Positions 23,167 to 34,124 are shown, counted from the stretch's first letter. The stretch: 64,000 bases of DNA from Nostoc sp. DedSLP01 (GCA_034530875.2 JAVRCJ020000013.1:96001-160000), one strand, 5' to 3'. Translations and numbers: made by a program. Notes: generated from the sequence alone by a model not told the origin.

Positions 23167-23544
23167 TCAGCCCGCCATATCACGGTACACAGAGAGTTCA
23201 TCTACCCTCATTTCAAAAGGTACGCCTTGACCTTCTGGAGGACAGACGCGGATTTTGGCGCTGCTGATAATTTGGTGAAGTAATGTTCCCATTGGTACGA
23301 TTTGTTGTAAGATGCGCCAGTTGGTAACTTGGTCGGGACATTCAATTACTAATGTCATGGCGCTAGCGTGGGTTGTTACGTACCACCGACAATTAGATAA
23401 CAGATTTTGGATTGTGCGATCGCAACCATCGTAAAAATATCTACTAATAGAATACTCTAGTTGTTGCCGCAATATAATATCTGCCGATGTCGGTTGTACT
23501 GGATGCGAATCGTCACCATTTAAGAAATACATTTTTCTAGCCAT
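23167..23544 (-). CDS. Hypothetical protein
   Basis: 125-aa ATG ORF with purine-rich RBS, downstream of the nitroreductase gene. Confidence 0.7.
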   Translation of the reverse strand: MARKMYFLNGDDSHPVQPTSADIILRQQLEYSISRYFYDGCDRTIQNLLSNCRWYVTTHASAMTLVIECPDQVTNWRILQQIVPMGTLLHQIISSAKIRVCPPEGQGVPFEMRVDELSVYRDMAG

Positions 23545-23562
23545 CTCTTTTTCCTTCCTTCC

Positions 23563-24849
23563 TTATATTCCAATCGCCATAGCGTAAAGTACATCTTTAT
23601 TTGTCTCTAATAATTCTTGGGTTTCATCATCGTAGAAAGCACCGATTCCGCTACATCCAATTCCCAAGTAATTACTAGCTAAATAAAGCCTCTGTCCTAG
23701 AAAACCAGCTATTTGCATAGCGGTTTGGTAGTTTAAATAATCAGACACAAAAAATAAAGTTACGGCGCTATCTTTAGCAATAGCTTGATTAATACATAAG
23801 TAACCCGTCTGTTCGCTGAAATCACCCGTCTTAATCAGATGCGTACCTTTATATAATCCGCATGACATTTCCTCTACTCGATGTACTACCGAGTAAATAT
23901 CTATTTCCTCATGATTTTCTGTTGGTATTGGCTGCTGAAGTTGCTGCATTATATATAGATAATCTTCTTGAGAAATAGATTTTTTCCGGAAACGTCGAAT
24001 AGAACGTCTATTCAAAACAGTTTGAAGAAATTTATCTTTGTCAAAACTAAAGTAAGGCTGTTTGAGTGTTTGCTGACTACTCTTTTGTACAGCCGTGGCT
24101 TGATAAGTATCTTCAATGAATTGATTAGCTTCAAAGTAATCAGTACCGCAAACAAAAGGAACTTTCATCCTTAAGGGTCTGACTTGCTTTTCTTGTAATT
24201 CTCCCGACACCGCACAAGCTGTGATAAACTCTTTATTCTCAAATCCCAAAGCTAAATTGAGAGCAAGTTTATCGAAATCAAAAATTACTTGTATATCTTT
24301 TTCATGGAGATAAGCCGAAGCTGCAACAGCACCTAAATGGTGTCCGCTATCTAAAAAGCAATATCTCGCGCTTCTCTTTTGATATTTCCAGCTAGACCTA
24401 TAATAAACACAACTAATTAAAAATATGAATCCGTTAATACTTTTATTCGGTATAATATAATTCTCTAGCCCATCATCTATTAATTCATAGATAAGTGTTA
24501 GACAATTATTCTCAACTTCTAAGTGATAAATTCCATCTAGTATTCCCTGAATTTTGCGAACCTGTACGTAAACTTCCGTAGGATACAGAGCGCCTGCTGA
24601 TGGATTCACCCGCAATTGATCGAGACTATCTTTATACATTTTTTCTAGTGTTATTGCACTAGTTAAAGATATAAAAGAGTGAACTGGATTATTGACATTT
24701 AATTTCACTCTTCGATAAAATTTTGGATAGAATTTAAATGCAGATGGTTGAGTTGAAGCATCCACATAATTTGGATCTATCTGTACCGATAAGTAAGAAT
24801 GCTTGGTAGCTCCATGATAGGCATTAGCTGATGTTTTGCTTTGTGGCAT
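23563..24849 (-). CDS. SagB/ThcOx-like nitroreductase-family protein (two domains)
   Basis: RVNPSAGALYP, RRSIRRF, GIGAFYDDE. Confidence 0.88.
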   Translation of the reverse strand: MPQSKTSANAYHGATKHSYLSVQIDPNYVDASTQPSAFKFYPKFYRRVKLNVNNPVHSFISLTSAITLEKMYKDSLDQLRVNPSAGALYPTEVYVQVRKIQGILDGIYHLEVENNCLTLIYELIDDGLENYIIPNKSINGFIFLISCVYYRSSWKYQKRSARYCFLDSGHHLGAVAASAYLHEKDIQVIFDFDKLALNLALGFENKEFITACAVSGELQEKQVRPLRMKVPFVCGTDYFEANQFIEDTYQATAVQKSSQQTLKQPYFSFDKDKFLQTVLNRRSIRRFRKKSISQEDYLYIMQQLQQPIPTENHEEIDIYSVVHRVEEMSCGLYKGTHLIKTGDFSEQTGYLCINQAIAKDSAVTLFFVSDYLNYQTAMQIAGFLGQRLYLASNYLGIGCSGIGAFYDDETQELLETNKDVLYAMAIGI

Positions 24850-25309
24850 TTTTGAGTATCCTTAATACTTCTACATTGCTAGCAAAATCAATTGCTTTAT
24901 AGTCGTCTAAGCTTTGTAAATTTAAGTTAGGATGGTATTGTAAGAGCAACTTAACTACTTCTGTCTTTCCGGCTGATGCTGCATACATTAGAACAGTTGC
25001 ACCGTTATCATTTTGGTTGTCAATGTTAATGTTATTTGCCAGCAGCAAATGAATTAAATCGTAGTGGTTTTCAAAACAAGCAAACCATAAAGTATTATTG
25101 CGTAGGCGTAGCCCGCCGGAGGCATCGCTATTTTTAGCATTGACATCCGCACCCGCATTAATCAGTTCTTTAACGACAGCATACACTCCTTCCCTTGTCG
25201 CCTTCATCAAAGCTGTATCGCCATTTTCACCTGGTTGATTTAACTCCTGAGGATTATAGCCTTTTGCTATTAACCATTGGGTTGTTGCTTCACTCAAACC
25301 TTGACTCAT
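24824..25309 (-). CDS. Ankyrin-repeat protein (contains an in-frame 21-nt repeat insertion)
   Basis: GDTALMKA...GADVN, GATVLMYAASAG repeats. Confidence 0.9.
   Translation of the reverse strand: MSQGLSEATTQWLIAKGYNPQELNQPGENGDTALMKATREGVYAVVKELINAGADVNAKNSDASGGLRLRNNTLWFACFENHYDLIHLLLANNINIDNQNDNGATVLMYAASAGKTEVVKLLLQYHPNLNLQSLDDYKAIDFASNVEVLRILKNATKQNIS
25100..25128 (-). repeat. SDR5-like 21-nt element inserted in HIP1 inside the ankyrin gene
   Basis: Minus strand GCGAT^GCCTCCGGCGGGCTACGCCTA^CGC. Confidence 0.85.
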
Positions 25310-25550
25310 AATTACTCTTCAAATCCCACAACTTTCATTAATTAACAAGCAAAAATTTGCTTGCAAAACGTAATGGTGGGCATTGCCCACCATCATTTCA
25401 CAAGCTATCTGATAGCCTAAACTTGAGCTTTATGATTAGTAAATCAATGCTCTAATTTGTGCTAATTGCCTAAGACAGCAGATTTCCACAAAAGTGAAAT
25501 AACTTCTGAATACTGAATACTGAATACTGAATTCTGACTCCTGAATTCTG

Positions 25551-26147
25551 CTAAGCAATAGCCACTAACTCTTCACAATCAGAGAATAACTCTCTTGCTG
25601 ATTTTTCGGGTTTTGGTGCGCCATAGAAACCAGCTTCCGCTTCGAGTTCATCTACAAAATCCCAAGCTTCGGTCGCTCGTTTAGAAAATGAACCGTAATT
25701 AGCAGAAATTGAGCGAGCATTGGAAATAGCTTTTTGGAGTTCTTTCCGTAATAATGTTAGTTTTGGTTTCTCTACAAAGTCACCTTTAGTGATAATATCA
25801 GTTACAGAAATAATCCCAAGTAATTCACCTTGAATCACAAGCGTATGCCACACACCAGTATTAGCAAATAACCGCGCAACATATTCAACATCGAGGTCAG
25901 GATTTACAACAATGCAGGGTTTACTCATTATTTCGTAGACATGCACCTTTTCGGGGTCTTTTCTATAAGCAACAACCTTGCTGGCAATATCCATCTCAGT
26001 AACCATACCGTAAGCATCGCCACTGTGATGGGGTTCTACAACCAACGCCCGTAATTGCTTGAGCCTTAATAATCTTACTGCTTCAGCTACACTGGCGGAA
26101 CCGCGAATAGTAGCTGCATCTTGAGTCACGATCTGTTTGGCTCTCAT
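25551..26147 (-). CDS. CBS-pair plus CP12-like fusion protein
   Basis: Two CBS domains followed by the CP12 core motif EAWDFVDELEAE. Confidence 0.85.
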   Translation of the reverse strand: MRAKQIVTQDAATIRGSASVAEAVRLLRLKQLRALVVEPHHSGDAYGMVTEMDIASKVVAYRKDPEKVHVYEIMSKPCIVVNPDLDVEYVARLFANTGVWHTLVIQGELLGIISVTDIITKGDFVEKPKLTLLRKELQKAISNARSISANYGSFSKRATEAWDFVDELEAEAGFYGAPKPEKSARELFSDCEELVAIA

Positions 26148-26970
26148 AATTGCTGTTCCTTAAATTCGTTGTTGCAAGTAAGCGAATTTGTTCTAAACTG
26201 CTGCAATTCTTCCCAAACTGCATTGCTTAGTCTGCGCGGAACGCAAAGATGCTTAACTCAAATTCAAGTTGAATTCTGAGGAATTATATTTGCCGCCGTC
26301 AAAAGCGGTTACGGAAATTAGACATACCTATTAATAGCAGTTTTAAATGAGAAAGTGAAATTTTACATACAGGCTGTTGACTGTTAACAACCAACAATGA
26401 TATTTTTCACAACTCAAATTTTACACCTTAATAAATCTGGCTAGTTTCTGGGTACTGACTTACGCTTTTTCCGTTGTTTTCGTGTTGAGTAAATCTTACT
26501 TCCTACCATTCTTAGCCTTTACCAGAATTAAGGCAGGGATGTGCGAAATCACCCTGTAATCGCCTTTATTGAAGTCTAGGTTGACTAGCAACAATTTAGC
26601 TTATCTATATATTATCACTATGATAAGTTTGAATTATGAATCATTTATAAAGATCCCCAGACATATTGAAGTAAAAAGCTTAAAAAATTGTGATACTACA
26701 GTAAGTTTGAGTATTTTTAATAGTCTTATTTTAGAAATTAGCCTATTAGCAGATATATGTTGATATAACTATATATTGTCAGCAATTACTATCTAGCAAT
26801 TAACCACCTTAATTTCAATAAAAAAAGATAAAAGTCAATATTCTACAGAGATATGTCAATAGACTTTGGTGTATTTTTCTTATACCTTATTAAAAAACCT
26901 CAAAGAATTTGATTTTTTAAACATCATTTGCTACATTATTTGAGTATCCATAATAAAAAACAGAAGAAAA

Positions 26971-27180
26971 ATGGAAATTAGTGCTCGTAATTCTCTCAAA
27001 GGCACCGTTAAAAAGGTTGTGCCTGGTTCGGTTAACACCGAAATAACTATAGAACTAGCACCAGGAGTAGAGCTAGTGTCAATCATCACAAAATCATCAG
27101 CAGAAAAGCTGGGACTTGCAGAAGGTAAAGAAGCTTATGCAGTGATTAAATCATCAGATGTATTAGTTGCTGTTGAGTAA
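26971..27180 (+). CDS. mop: Molybdenum-pterin binding protein (molbindin/TOBE)
   Basis: ISARNSLKGTV...SIITKSS..LGL..GK..YAVIKSSDV. Confidence 0.93.
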   Translation: MEISARNSLKGTVKKVVPGSVNTEITIELAPGVELVSIITKSSAEKLGLAEGKEAYAVIKSSDVLVAVE

Positions 27181-27234
27181 AAAATAGGCAATTGGCTTCT
27201 AATATAAAATTGCATTCATAATCTATAAATTAGT

Positions 27235-27273
27235 GACCTCACTCCTAAAATTAGTTAACAAAGGAGTGAGGTC
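27235..27273. terminator. Probable bidirectional terminator between mop and feoA
   Basis: GACCTCACTCCT...AGGAGTGAGGTC 12-bp stem between convergent genes. Confidence 0.6.
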
Positions 27274-27301
27274 GAAAATTTATTAGAACTTATTTTTAGA
27301 T

Positions 27302-27390
27302 GTAGGGTGTGTTGTCGCGAAGCGCAACGCACCTTAAATTGTTGGTTTTGGCGGTGGCGGTGCGTTAGCCTGCGGCATAACGCACCCTAC
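27302..27390. repeat. Inverted doublet of GTAG-type REP-like palindromes
   Basis: GTAGGGTGTGTTG..CAACGCACC and GGTGCGTTA..TAACGCACCCTAC. Confidence 0.75.
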
Positions 27391-27418
27391 AATTTTCCGT
27401 ATTTTTATTACAAATAAT

Positions 27419-27670
27419 TTAATGATGAATTATCCTAACATAAATAGCACGGGCAGTTTGCGTATCTACTGATAGAGAAGTATTTTCTACTTTAATAATT
27501 AACGAGGGAAACCTTTGTTTTACAGTAATATATTTTCCTGGTGTTATGCCCTTTGATAGCAACTGATTGAGCATTTTTTGATCCTCAATTTTGCAGAAAG
27601 TGATAATTCCTTGTTCGCCTACTCTCAACAATTCTAATGAACAACCAGTTACGCTAAAAGGTGTAAACAC
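27419..27670 (-). CDS. FeoA-family protein
   Basis: LLSKGITPGKYITV SH3-like FeoA pattern; usual position after fdxH. Confidence 0.8.
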   Translation of the reverse strand: MFTPFSVTGCSLELLRVGEQGIITFCKIEDQKMLNQLLSKGITPGKYITVKQRFPSLIIKVENTSLSVDTQTARAIYVRIIHH

Positions 27671-27696
27671 AAATAAATACTGAGTAATAAATTATG

Positions 27697-27735
27697 AAAA
27701 ATGAAGGATGAAAATATGCTTCATCCTTCATTTTT
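27697..27735 (-). terminator. Stem-loop downstream of fdxH
   Basis: AAAAATGAAGGATGAA...TTCATCCTTCATTTTT. Confidence 0.6.
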
Positions 27736-27770
27736 ATTTAATTACTAAGAACAGCAACCAAAGTAGAGAT

Positions 27771-28070
27771 TTAGACCAAATACGCTTCTTGATGTGTTTT
27801 AATTGTGCAATTAGAACGAGGATAAGTTACACAAAGTAAAGCGTATCCTTTGGAAACTTGGTCGTCATCTAGGAAGTTTTGATCTTCTTGATTAATTTCA
27901 CCTTCAACAACCTTGCCAACACAACTAGAGCAAGAACCGGCATGACAAGAAGCTGGCAAATCAATATCATTTTCGTGTGCTGCTTCTAAGATAGTAGTCT
28001 CTTCATCAACTTCAATTGTGGTGTCGAGATCTTCTTTTTTGTTGATTAATCTAACTTGGTAGGTAGCCAT
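27771..28070 (-). CDS. fdxH: Heterocyst ferredoxin FdxH
   Basis: [21 protein letters not shown]...C plant-type [2Fe-2S], position after hesB. Confidence 0.95.
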   Translation of the reverse strand: MATYQVRLINKKEDLDTTIEVDEETTILEAAHENDIDLPASCHAGSCSSCVGKVVEGEINQEDQNFLDDDQVSKGYALLCVTYPRSNCTIKTHQEAYLV

Positions 28071-28180
28071 TTTCCGATTCTCCTCAAACGTTATAGAATT
28101 AGGATTAATTTGCGAAAATTTTGAGTCAAGTTATCGCTGTGCAATGCGATCGCCCAACGCAAGCAACACAAGCAATGGTG

Positions 28181-28552
28181 TTAGCTGCAAGGTACACCGT
28201 TAGGCGTACAGTCACCCGTTTTGAAAGACTTTCCGCAGCCGCAGTTCTCAGTTGCATTGGGGTTGATGAACTTAAAGCCGCTTTCCATCACACCCTCAAC
28301 GAAGTCAACAATAAGTCCTTCTAATAACGGCGCACTTTTGGCGTCAACGTAAACCAGCACTTTCCCTTGCTGAATTACCAAATCGTCTGGTTGGGGTTTG
28401 CTAGTGATATCCATTGCATATTCGTAGCCACTGCAACCACCATCTTTGACAGAGAAACGGACACCTTTAGTTGCGCCATTAGCGTCGGGTGCGGAACCTC
28501 TAAGAAATGCCCACAGATGAAATTCTGCTTTTTCTGATAAAGTTACAGACAT
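28181..28552 (-). CDS. hesB: Fe-S assembly protein HesB (IscA family)
   Basis: GGCSGYEY, CGCGKSF; ATG at 28552 (the upstream extension in the track is repeat DNA). Confidence 0.93.
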   Translation of the reverse strand: MSVTLSEKAEFHLWAFLRGSAPDANGATKGVRFSVKDGGCSGYEYAMDITSKPQPDDLVIQQGKVLVYVDAKSAPLLEGLIVDFVEGVMESGFKFINPNATENCGCGKSFKTGDCTPNGVPCS

Positions 28553-28656
28553 TAGATCTCCTGATTTATTGTTCGTCCTCTGGGAATTTTGGATTTTAGA
28601 TTTTAGATTTTGGATTTCTCTTTCAATCCAAAATCCAAAATTCAAAATCTAAAATA

Positions 28657-29457
28657 TTAGCCATTCTGTGCAATACCGCTAGCTTCCATATTGGGTTGAG
28701 CGTATCTCCAGGGCGCACTATTACCGCATACTGGACAAGAGCGATCGCGGTAAGAACGGCGCTTGGCAAATTCCAGCCGGTTCAAGTCCATAGTCAGCAA
28801 TTGCGACAATAAAGGCTGACTAAAACCAGTGATTAACTTAATCGCCTCCAGCGCGGTTAAACAAGCCAGCGTCCCAGAAACAGCGCCTAGAACTGAAAAG
28901 CCGCGTCGATCCCAATCAGGCTTTTCCGGAAACAGACAGGACAAACAAGGAGTCACACCAGGAATAATCGTTGTCAGGTAAGCTTCCATCCCGTCCATTG
29001 CAGCTTCGACCATTGGCTTACGCCAGCGCACGCAAGCTTCATTTAACAAATTGCGCTCCGTAAAATTATGGGCACAATCAAGAGCCATATCAGCGGATTG
29101 CACCAACTCATCCACATTTTCCGGGGTGATATAATCATGAACTGCTTCCACCTGGACATCAGGATTGATTGCATCCAGAGTTTCCTTAGCTTTGAATACC
29201 CTTGGCTTACCTACCCAATCGTCCGTCATCAAAACCTGACGATTCATATCATCCAGCCGCAAGTCACCACCCCGGACTAAGATTAGCCGCCCAACGCCCG
29301 CTACTGCTAAGTAAAGCGCCGCCGTACCGCCTAATCCCCCCACACCCGTAACCAAAACTGTTGCTGACTTCAGGCGCTTCTGCGCGGCTTCACCAAAATT
29401 AGGCAGCATCATTTGGCGACGATAGCGTTCTAATTCGGTAGGCGTTAGGTTTACCAA
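28657..29457 (-). CDS. hesA: HesA (ThiF/MoeB family)
   Basis: ERYRRQ, GVGGLG, CLSC, CPVC. Confidence 0.95.
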   Translation of the reverse strand: MVNLTPTELERYRRQMMLPNFGEAAQKRLKSATVLVTGVGGLGGTAALYLAVAGVGRLILVRGGDLRLDDMNRQVLMTDDWVGKPRVFKAKETLDAINPDVQVEAVHDYITPENVDELVQSADMALDCAHNFTERNLLNEACVRWRKPMVEAAMDGMEAYLTTIIPGVTPCLSCLFPEKPDWDRRGFSVLGAVSGTLACLTALEAIKLITGFSQPLLSQLLTMDLNRLEFAKRRSYRDRSCPVCGNSAPWRYAQPNMEASGIAQNG

Positions 29458-29467
29458 TTTATACCTC

Positions 29468-29785
29468 CTAATCAGAAGTGAGTTCTGTCAGTGTGACTAC
29501 ATTTTTCGGCTTGTCGTTAAACACTTTGAACAACTTTTGTTCGTGTGGTGTTGACTCGATAAATACTTGATAAGCCTTTTGCAAAGCCAAAGAATATTGA
29601 TTTAGCCTTTCTTCAGGACTCAAATCGGGAGAATTATCATCAACTTCCCGAATATATTGGGAAAACTTTTTCAAAATATGTAGGCGATTTACATTCACAA
29701 ATTGTTGATCGTAGGGCAAATTAAAGAATTGCAAAAATTCTTCTGCATCTACGAGCTTCTTGAATTCTTCCAAAGTTCCAGTCAT
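29468..29785 (-). CDS. nifW: Nitrogenase-stabilising protein NifW
   Basis: AEEFLQFF..PYD..VNVNRLHILKKF...KLFKVF. Confidence 0.95.
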   Translation of the reverse strand: MTGTLEEFKKLVDAEEFLQFFNLPYDQQFVNVNRLHILKKFSQYIREVDDNSPDLSPEERLNQYSLALQKAYQVFIESTPHEQKLFKVFNDKPKNVVTLTELTSD

Positions 29786-30000
29786 TTAGCCTTCTCCAAT
29801 TCTTTCAGCTGTTGCTTAAGTTCATCTAACTGATGAAAGATTTCATAAGTTGCAGCTGCAACATCCATAAGTTGTTTGTAATCTGTTGGCAAACCTTCCG
29901 CTAAATCATGCAGATCCATCTTCATCTGACCTGCTTTACTATTCAGCCGTCTAATTTGTCCCTTCAATTCCTCAATCCTTGTTTCTTCCGCTTGCACCAT
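29782..30000 (-). CDS. Rop-like nif-associated protein (CCE_0567 family)
   Basis: KMDLHDLAEGLP motif; located between the NifX-associated gene and nifW. Confidence 0.85.
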   Translation of the reverse strand: MVQAEETRIEELKGQIRRLNSKAGQMKMDLHDLAEGLPTDYKQLMDVAAATYEIFHQLDELKQQLKELEKAK

Positions 30001-30172
30001 CAACAACCCCACAATCAATTTTGGATTTTAAATTTTAGATTTTGGATTGGATAAATTTGCGATCGCTCAACTCTTCTCTCTGCGTCTCTGCGTCTCTGCG
30101 TGAGCAACACATCCTTGGGTAAAGACGCGATGAATCGCGTCTCTACAAATCGTCATCCAAAATCTAAAATTT

Positions 30173-30649
30173 TTACAACTTGCCTACTTCCGGGAACCGC
30201 TTCGCCAAATTAATACCTTTTTGGACGTAGCTTTCTCCTTCTTCGGCTAATTTCTCCAGCGAATCAAAGCCAAATCTTTGAGCATCGCGTAAAGTTTTTA
30301 CAGCTAACAAAAGACGACCAGAAAATACCAACGCCCAGCCAAATCCCTCATGGCTCAAATCAATCACGACTTGAGAAATCAAACCTGTTTCTTGTTCAAT
30401 CCCCGCAGCTACAGCTCGAAAAAATGCCATAATCCGAGCTTGAGTTATTGGATCTACTTCACCTTCAACGGAAATTTCCCGTTTCTTTTGTTTGGTAACA
30501 ATAAAGGGTTTGAGAATTAACTCATCCGACCAACTACGATAAACTCCATAGCTGTCTTGACCCCGAATCTGTTTGATTAATACCTTAAGAAAGGGAGAAC
30601 TCAAGACTTCAGCGGCAGCAGTTCCGTTAACACTATTATTTATAGTCAT
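30173..30649 (-). CDS. NifX-associated protein (DUF269)
   Basis: QIRGQDSYG, SHEGFGWA, RDAQRFGF. Confidence 0.9.
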   Translation of the reverse strand: MTINNSVNGTAAAEVLSSPFLKVLIKQIRGQDSYGVYRSWSDELILKPFIVTKQKKREISVEGEVDPITQARIMAFFRAVAAGIEQETGLISQVVIDLSHEGFGWALVFSGRLLLAVKTLRDAQRFGFDSLEKLAEEGESYVQKGINLAKRFPEVGKL

Positions 30650-31059
30650 ACTGTTGCTTCGTCTCCAACTTCATCTGTAAAATTGGCAGGTTTTTGTTGT
30701 AAAGCTTTCCGCAACCAAGGTGGAGGATTACCTTTTAAGGTTTGCACTAATTTATTTAGCACTTCGCTAATTTCTTCTTCTTCCGATCGCGCCTTCACCG
30801 GAGTAACACCTTTTTTGATTAACCTAGCCGCAGCACTACCGCCAATTGCTGTTACATAAACAATAGTACAATCACCTAACGCCTCAAGTTTGGGTGTGAT
30901 TTTATCTTCATTTCCATCTTCTTTGAGGTCGCCTTCAAAGTTGAGGGTTTCTACAAAATGATATCCCTCATCGGAAATTTCATAAACATCAATCAGTCTC
31001 GCCCATCCAAAATGAGCGTTAATATGAACTCGGTCACTCGTAGTGAAGGCAATTTTCAT
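30646..31059 (-). CDS. nifX: FeMo-co carrier NifX
   Basis: KIAFTTSD..INAHFG...PPPWLRK. Confidence 0.96.
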   Translation of the reverse strand: MKIAFTTSDRVHINAHFGWARLIDVYEISDEGYHFVETLNFEGDLKEDGNEDKITPKLEALGDCTIVYVTAIGGSAAARLIKKGVTPVKARSEEEEISEVLNKLVQTLKGNPPPWLRKALQQKPANFTDEVGDEATV

Positions 31060-31260
31060 CTTATTTCTCCTCTTTAAGTCCAGAATTCAGGAGTCAGAAT
31101 TCAGAATTCAGGAGTCAACTTTGGTGAATAATAAATGCTAAACTTTCACACAAAATATCCAGATTGAGTGGTATATCTTTTAAGTAAGAAGACTACGCCT
31201 GAATCCGTGCGATCGCATTCTGATTTATAACTCCTAACTCCTAACTCCTAACTCCTAACT

Positions 31261-32598
31261 TCAAAAATCTGCGCCCACAATTCCTAATTCTTGTAACTTC
31301 TTAACTCTTGTTTCTTCTGCCTCTAATAAGAGGTTGCCCATGCCATACAGAAGTTCCATTGTGCCTCGGTAACCAACTTTGGTAAACTGACCATTACCTA
31401 AGCGGTCGTAAATGGGCAATCCCAGGCGATAAAGAGGAATGCTAAGGCGTTTGGCGATCGCAGCAACATTTGAGTTACCAACTAGCAAATCCGAACCTGC
31501 TGCTAAACCCTCAAAGTCTTCTAAATCGCCAATGGTAATGCTTTTAACGGGGAGTTTTTCGAGTAAAGGCGATCGCGTCGTCGTCACCGCAGCATGAATC
31601 TGCGCTCCCATTGATTGCAGAAAATGGACTGTTGACCACAACAAATCGGGTTCCAGTGCTAAAGAAACTCGCTTCGCACCAAAATAAAAGTGCGTGTCTA
31701 ACATCGCATCTTGCAACTGACGACGTTGGCGGCGATACTTTTCCGGTACGCTATTACCACTGAGAACCGCCAATGCTTGGAGAAACTCGTCTACTGGTTC
31801 TAATCCAGTCACTTCCCCAAACACTTCGTAAGGCGTGCCAAACCTTTCTTCCAAAATCTTGGCAGCACCGCGCATACTCTCGCCTAAAGCCAAGATGAAA
31901 GCAGAACAACCAACTTCTCGCAGCTGTTTTAAGGTAGTTCCGCTAACTGTAACCGCGCTGTAATTATCTTCCAAATGTCCATCAAGGGAAGCGCCGATGT
32001 CAGGTACAAAGATGGGCACCAAGCCAAAAGCCGTCACCATCTCTTTGATTTCCTGGACATCCCCTGGCGTGAAAGCAGCACTAGGCAAAATCGTTACTTG
32101 TTCGGTTTTGATTCCACCCGCGCGGGGAATTTCCTTAACTATGCTTTCCACAGCAACGGCGAAACCATCTTGCAGGGCGCCTTTAAAATCGGGAGTTGGG
32201 GCAAATATAATCGCCAAATCGTGCAATTCTGGATGGCGTTCCCGAATTTCCTTGAGAAAACGCTCAATGTCATCTCCTCTAGTTTCCGTCAACCCAGTGG
32301 TACATAAACCGATAATTTCTGGTTTAGCCTTTTCCACCAAAGTCAGAATTGCCTGTTCCACATTTTCTTCGCCACCCAAAATCGTAGTGACTTCCGTCAT
32401 CGCCGTGGTAGCCAAAGGAATCGCTTCCCGAAAATGCCGCACCAGCACAACTTTAGCGAAAGCAGTACAACCTTGAGAACCGTGGAATAAAGGCATCGTC
32501 CCCTTCAATCCCAGAAAAGCTAAAGACGCGCCTAAAGCTTGGCTTTGCTTGAGAGGATTAACCGTCAGTGATTTGTTAGAAACAGTAACGATCGCCAT
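31261..32598 (-). CDS. nifN: FeMo-co scaffold NifN
   Basis: NPLKQSQALGA, HGSQGCTAF, RHFREAIP. Confidence 0.97.
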   Translation of the reverse strand: MAIVTVSNKSLTVNPLKQSQALGASLAFLGLKGTMPLFHGSQGCTAFAKVVLVRHFREAIPLATTAMTEVTTILGGEENVEQAILTLVEKAKPEIIGLCTTGLTETRGDDIERFLKEIRERHPELHDLAIIFAPTPDFKGALQDGFAVAVESIVKEIPRAGGIKTEQVTILPSAAFTPGDVQEIKEMVTAFGLVPIFVPDIGASLDGHLEDNYSAVTVSGTTLKQLREVGCSAFILALGESMRGAAKILEERFGTPYEVFGEVTGLEPVDEFLQALAVLSGNSVPEKYRRQRRQLQDAMLDTHFYFGAKRVSLALEPDLLWSTVHFLQSMGAQIHAAVTTTRSPLLEKLPVKSITIGDLEDFEGLAAGSDLLVGNSNVAAIAKRLSIPLYRLGLPIYDRLGNGQFTKVGYRGTMELLYGMGNLLLEAEETRVKKLQELGIVGADF

Positions 32599-34011
32599 TT
32601 AGATTACCTCTTCCATTGACGCAGTTAAAGCACTTCCCGCGTTCTCTTCCCACGGCGCCGGCTTGCGTACTTGCTCCCAAATCGGGCTATAAAGAGCTTC
32701 ATACAATTCCCGCGCCATCTCAATCATTCCTACATAACCTGCATAAGGATGGTGGCGTTCTTGGTTGATATCCAAGAAAGGAATCCGAGCTTTTAACGCG
32801 GTGTATTGGTTACGACCTCCAGCAATCAACATATCTGCTTGAGTATCTCTCACCAGCTGTAACAATTCCTGGGCGTTGCCTTTCTCCAGCATGATGCCAT
32901 CGTTACCCAGCAACTTCTTGATTTTGGCTTTATCTTCCTCAGTACTTTTGCGAGTACTGGTAGCAACAACATCAATACCCAAGTCTTTCGCAGCCGAGAT
33001 AATCGACCAACTCTTAACACCGCCAGTATACAAGACAACACGCTTACCTTTGAGTCGAGCGCGATAGGGAGCCAGTGCCAAATCTAGAGCCGCAGTTTCT
33101 TCAGCAATCAGCTTTTCTGTGCGTGCTTGCAAATCGGGGTCGCCTAATTTAGCGGCAATATTTCGCAGACAGCGATTCATATCATCGATGCCGTAGAAAG
33201 ATTCTTCAATATAAGGAATGCCGTAACGCTCCTCCATCTTTCTCGCCATATTCAACAGCGCCCGCGAACAGATCATCACATTCAGCTTGGCGCGATGGGC
33301 ATAGCGAATTTCATTGTACCGAGCGTCGCCCGTAATTTTCGACAAAATGCGGATGCCTAATTTTTCTAGCAGCGGTGTGACTCCCCACATTTCCCCGGCG
33401 ATGTTGTACTCGCCTATTAAGTTAATATCATAAGGCGTTGTGTATTCCGGTTCTGCTGTCCCGACAACATAATCTAATAAAGCTTCACCGCCAAAACGGT
33501 TGCCCAAATTTTTACTGCCAATGAATCCCGGAGCAATTACCGGGACAACTGGAGTGCCAATTTTCTCAGCTGCGGTTTTGCAAACTGCATCGATATCATC
33601 GCCAATCAAAGCAGTCACACAAGTAGCGTAAACAAACACTGCTGCTGGTTTATATCGTTCGTGAAGTTCCAGAATCGCCTTGTAGAGCTTCTTCTCGCCC
33701 CCGAAAATCACATCATTTTCACTCAAGTCAGTCGTAAAGCCCATCTTGTAGAGTTGCGGCCCCGAAGAGAGACTACCACGACTGCCCCAGGAATTACCAG
33801 CACAAGCGATCGGCCCGTGGACTAAATGAGCCGCATCAGCGATGGGTACCAAAGCAATCATCGCCCCATCAAAAGCACAGCCCCCTTGAGCAGCGCCAGG
33901 TTGTGCCTGTTGGGTGCAAGACTTATTCTTCTTTTCTGATTGTTTATGCTGATTATGCTCGCATCCTGACTCATTGAGCAGCTCGTTAATTTTCCCTTGG
34001 GTGCTTTTCAT
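32599..34011 (-). CDS. nifE: FeMo-co scaffold NifE
   Basis: [29 protein letters not shown]. Confidence 0.97.
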   Translation of the reverse strand: MKSTQGKINELLNESGCEHNQHKQSEKKNKSCTQQAQPGAAQGGCAFDGAMIALVPIADAAHLVHGPIACAGNSWGSRGSLSSGPQLYKMGFTTDLSENDVIFGGEKKLYKAILELHERYKPAAVFVYATCVTALIGDDIDAVCKTAAEKIGTPVVPVIAPGFIGSKNLGNRFGGEALLDYVVGTAEPEYTTPYDINLIGEYNIAGEMWGVTPLLEKLGIRILSKITGDARYNEIRYAHRAKLNVMICSRALLNMARKMEERYGIPYIEESFYGIDDMNRCLRNIAAKLGDPDLQARTEKLIAEETAALDLALAPYRARLKGKRVVLYTGGVKSWSIISAAKDLGIDVVATSTRKSTEEDKAKIKKLLGNDGIMLEKGNAQELLQLVRDTQADMLIAGGRNQYTALKARIPFLDINQERHHPYAGYVGMIEMARELYEALYSPIWEQVRKPAPWEENAGSALTASMEEVI

Positions 34012-34124
34012 CTCTCTTCTCTTAGTGGATGGCAGTTTTTCTCTTTGTCATTGGTCATTAGTCATTAGTCATTGGTCATTTGTTTTTTGAATAACTAATA
34101 ACTGGGGATCTATGACTATTGGTC

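Noticed and set aside
28553..28645. N-terminal extension of HesB in the ORF track
   Set aside because: It translates TTTTGGA/TTTTAGA heptamer repeats (IQNLKSKIQN); the real start is at 28552.
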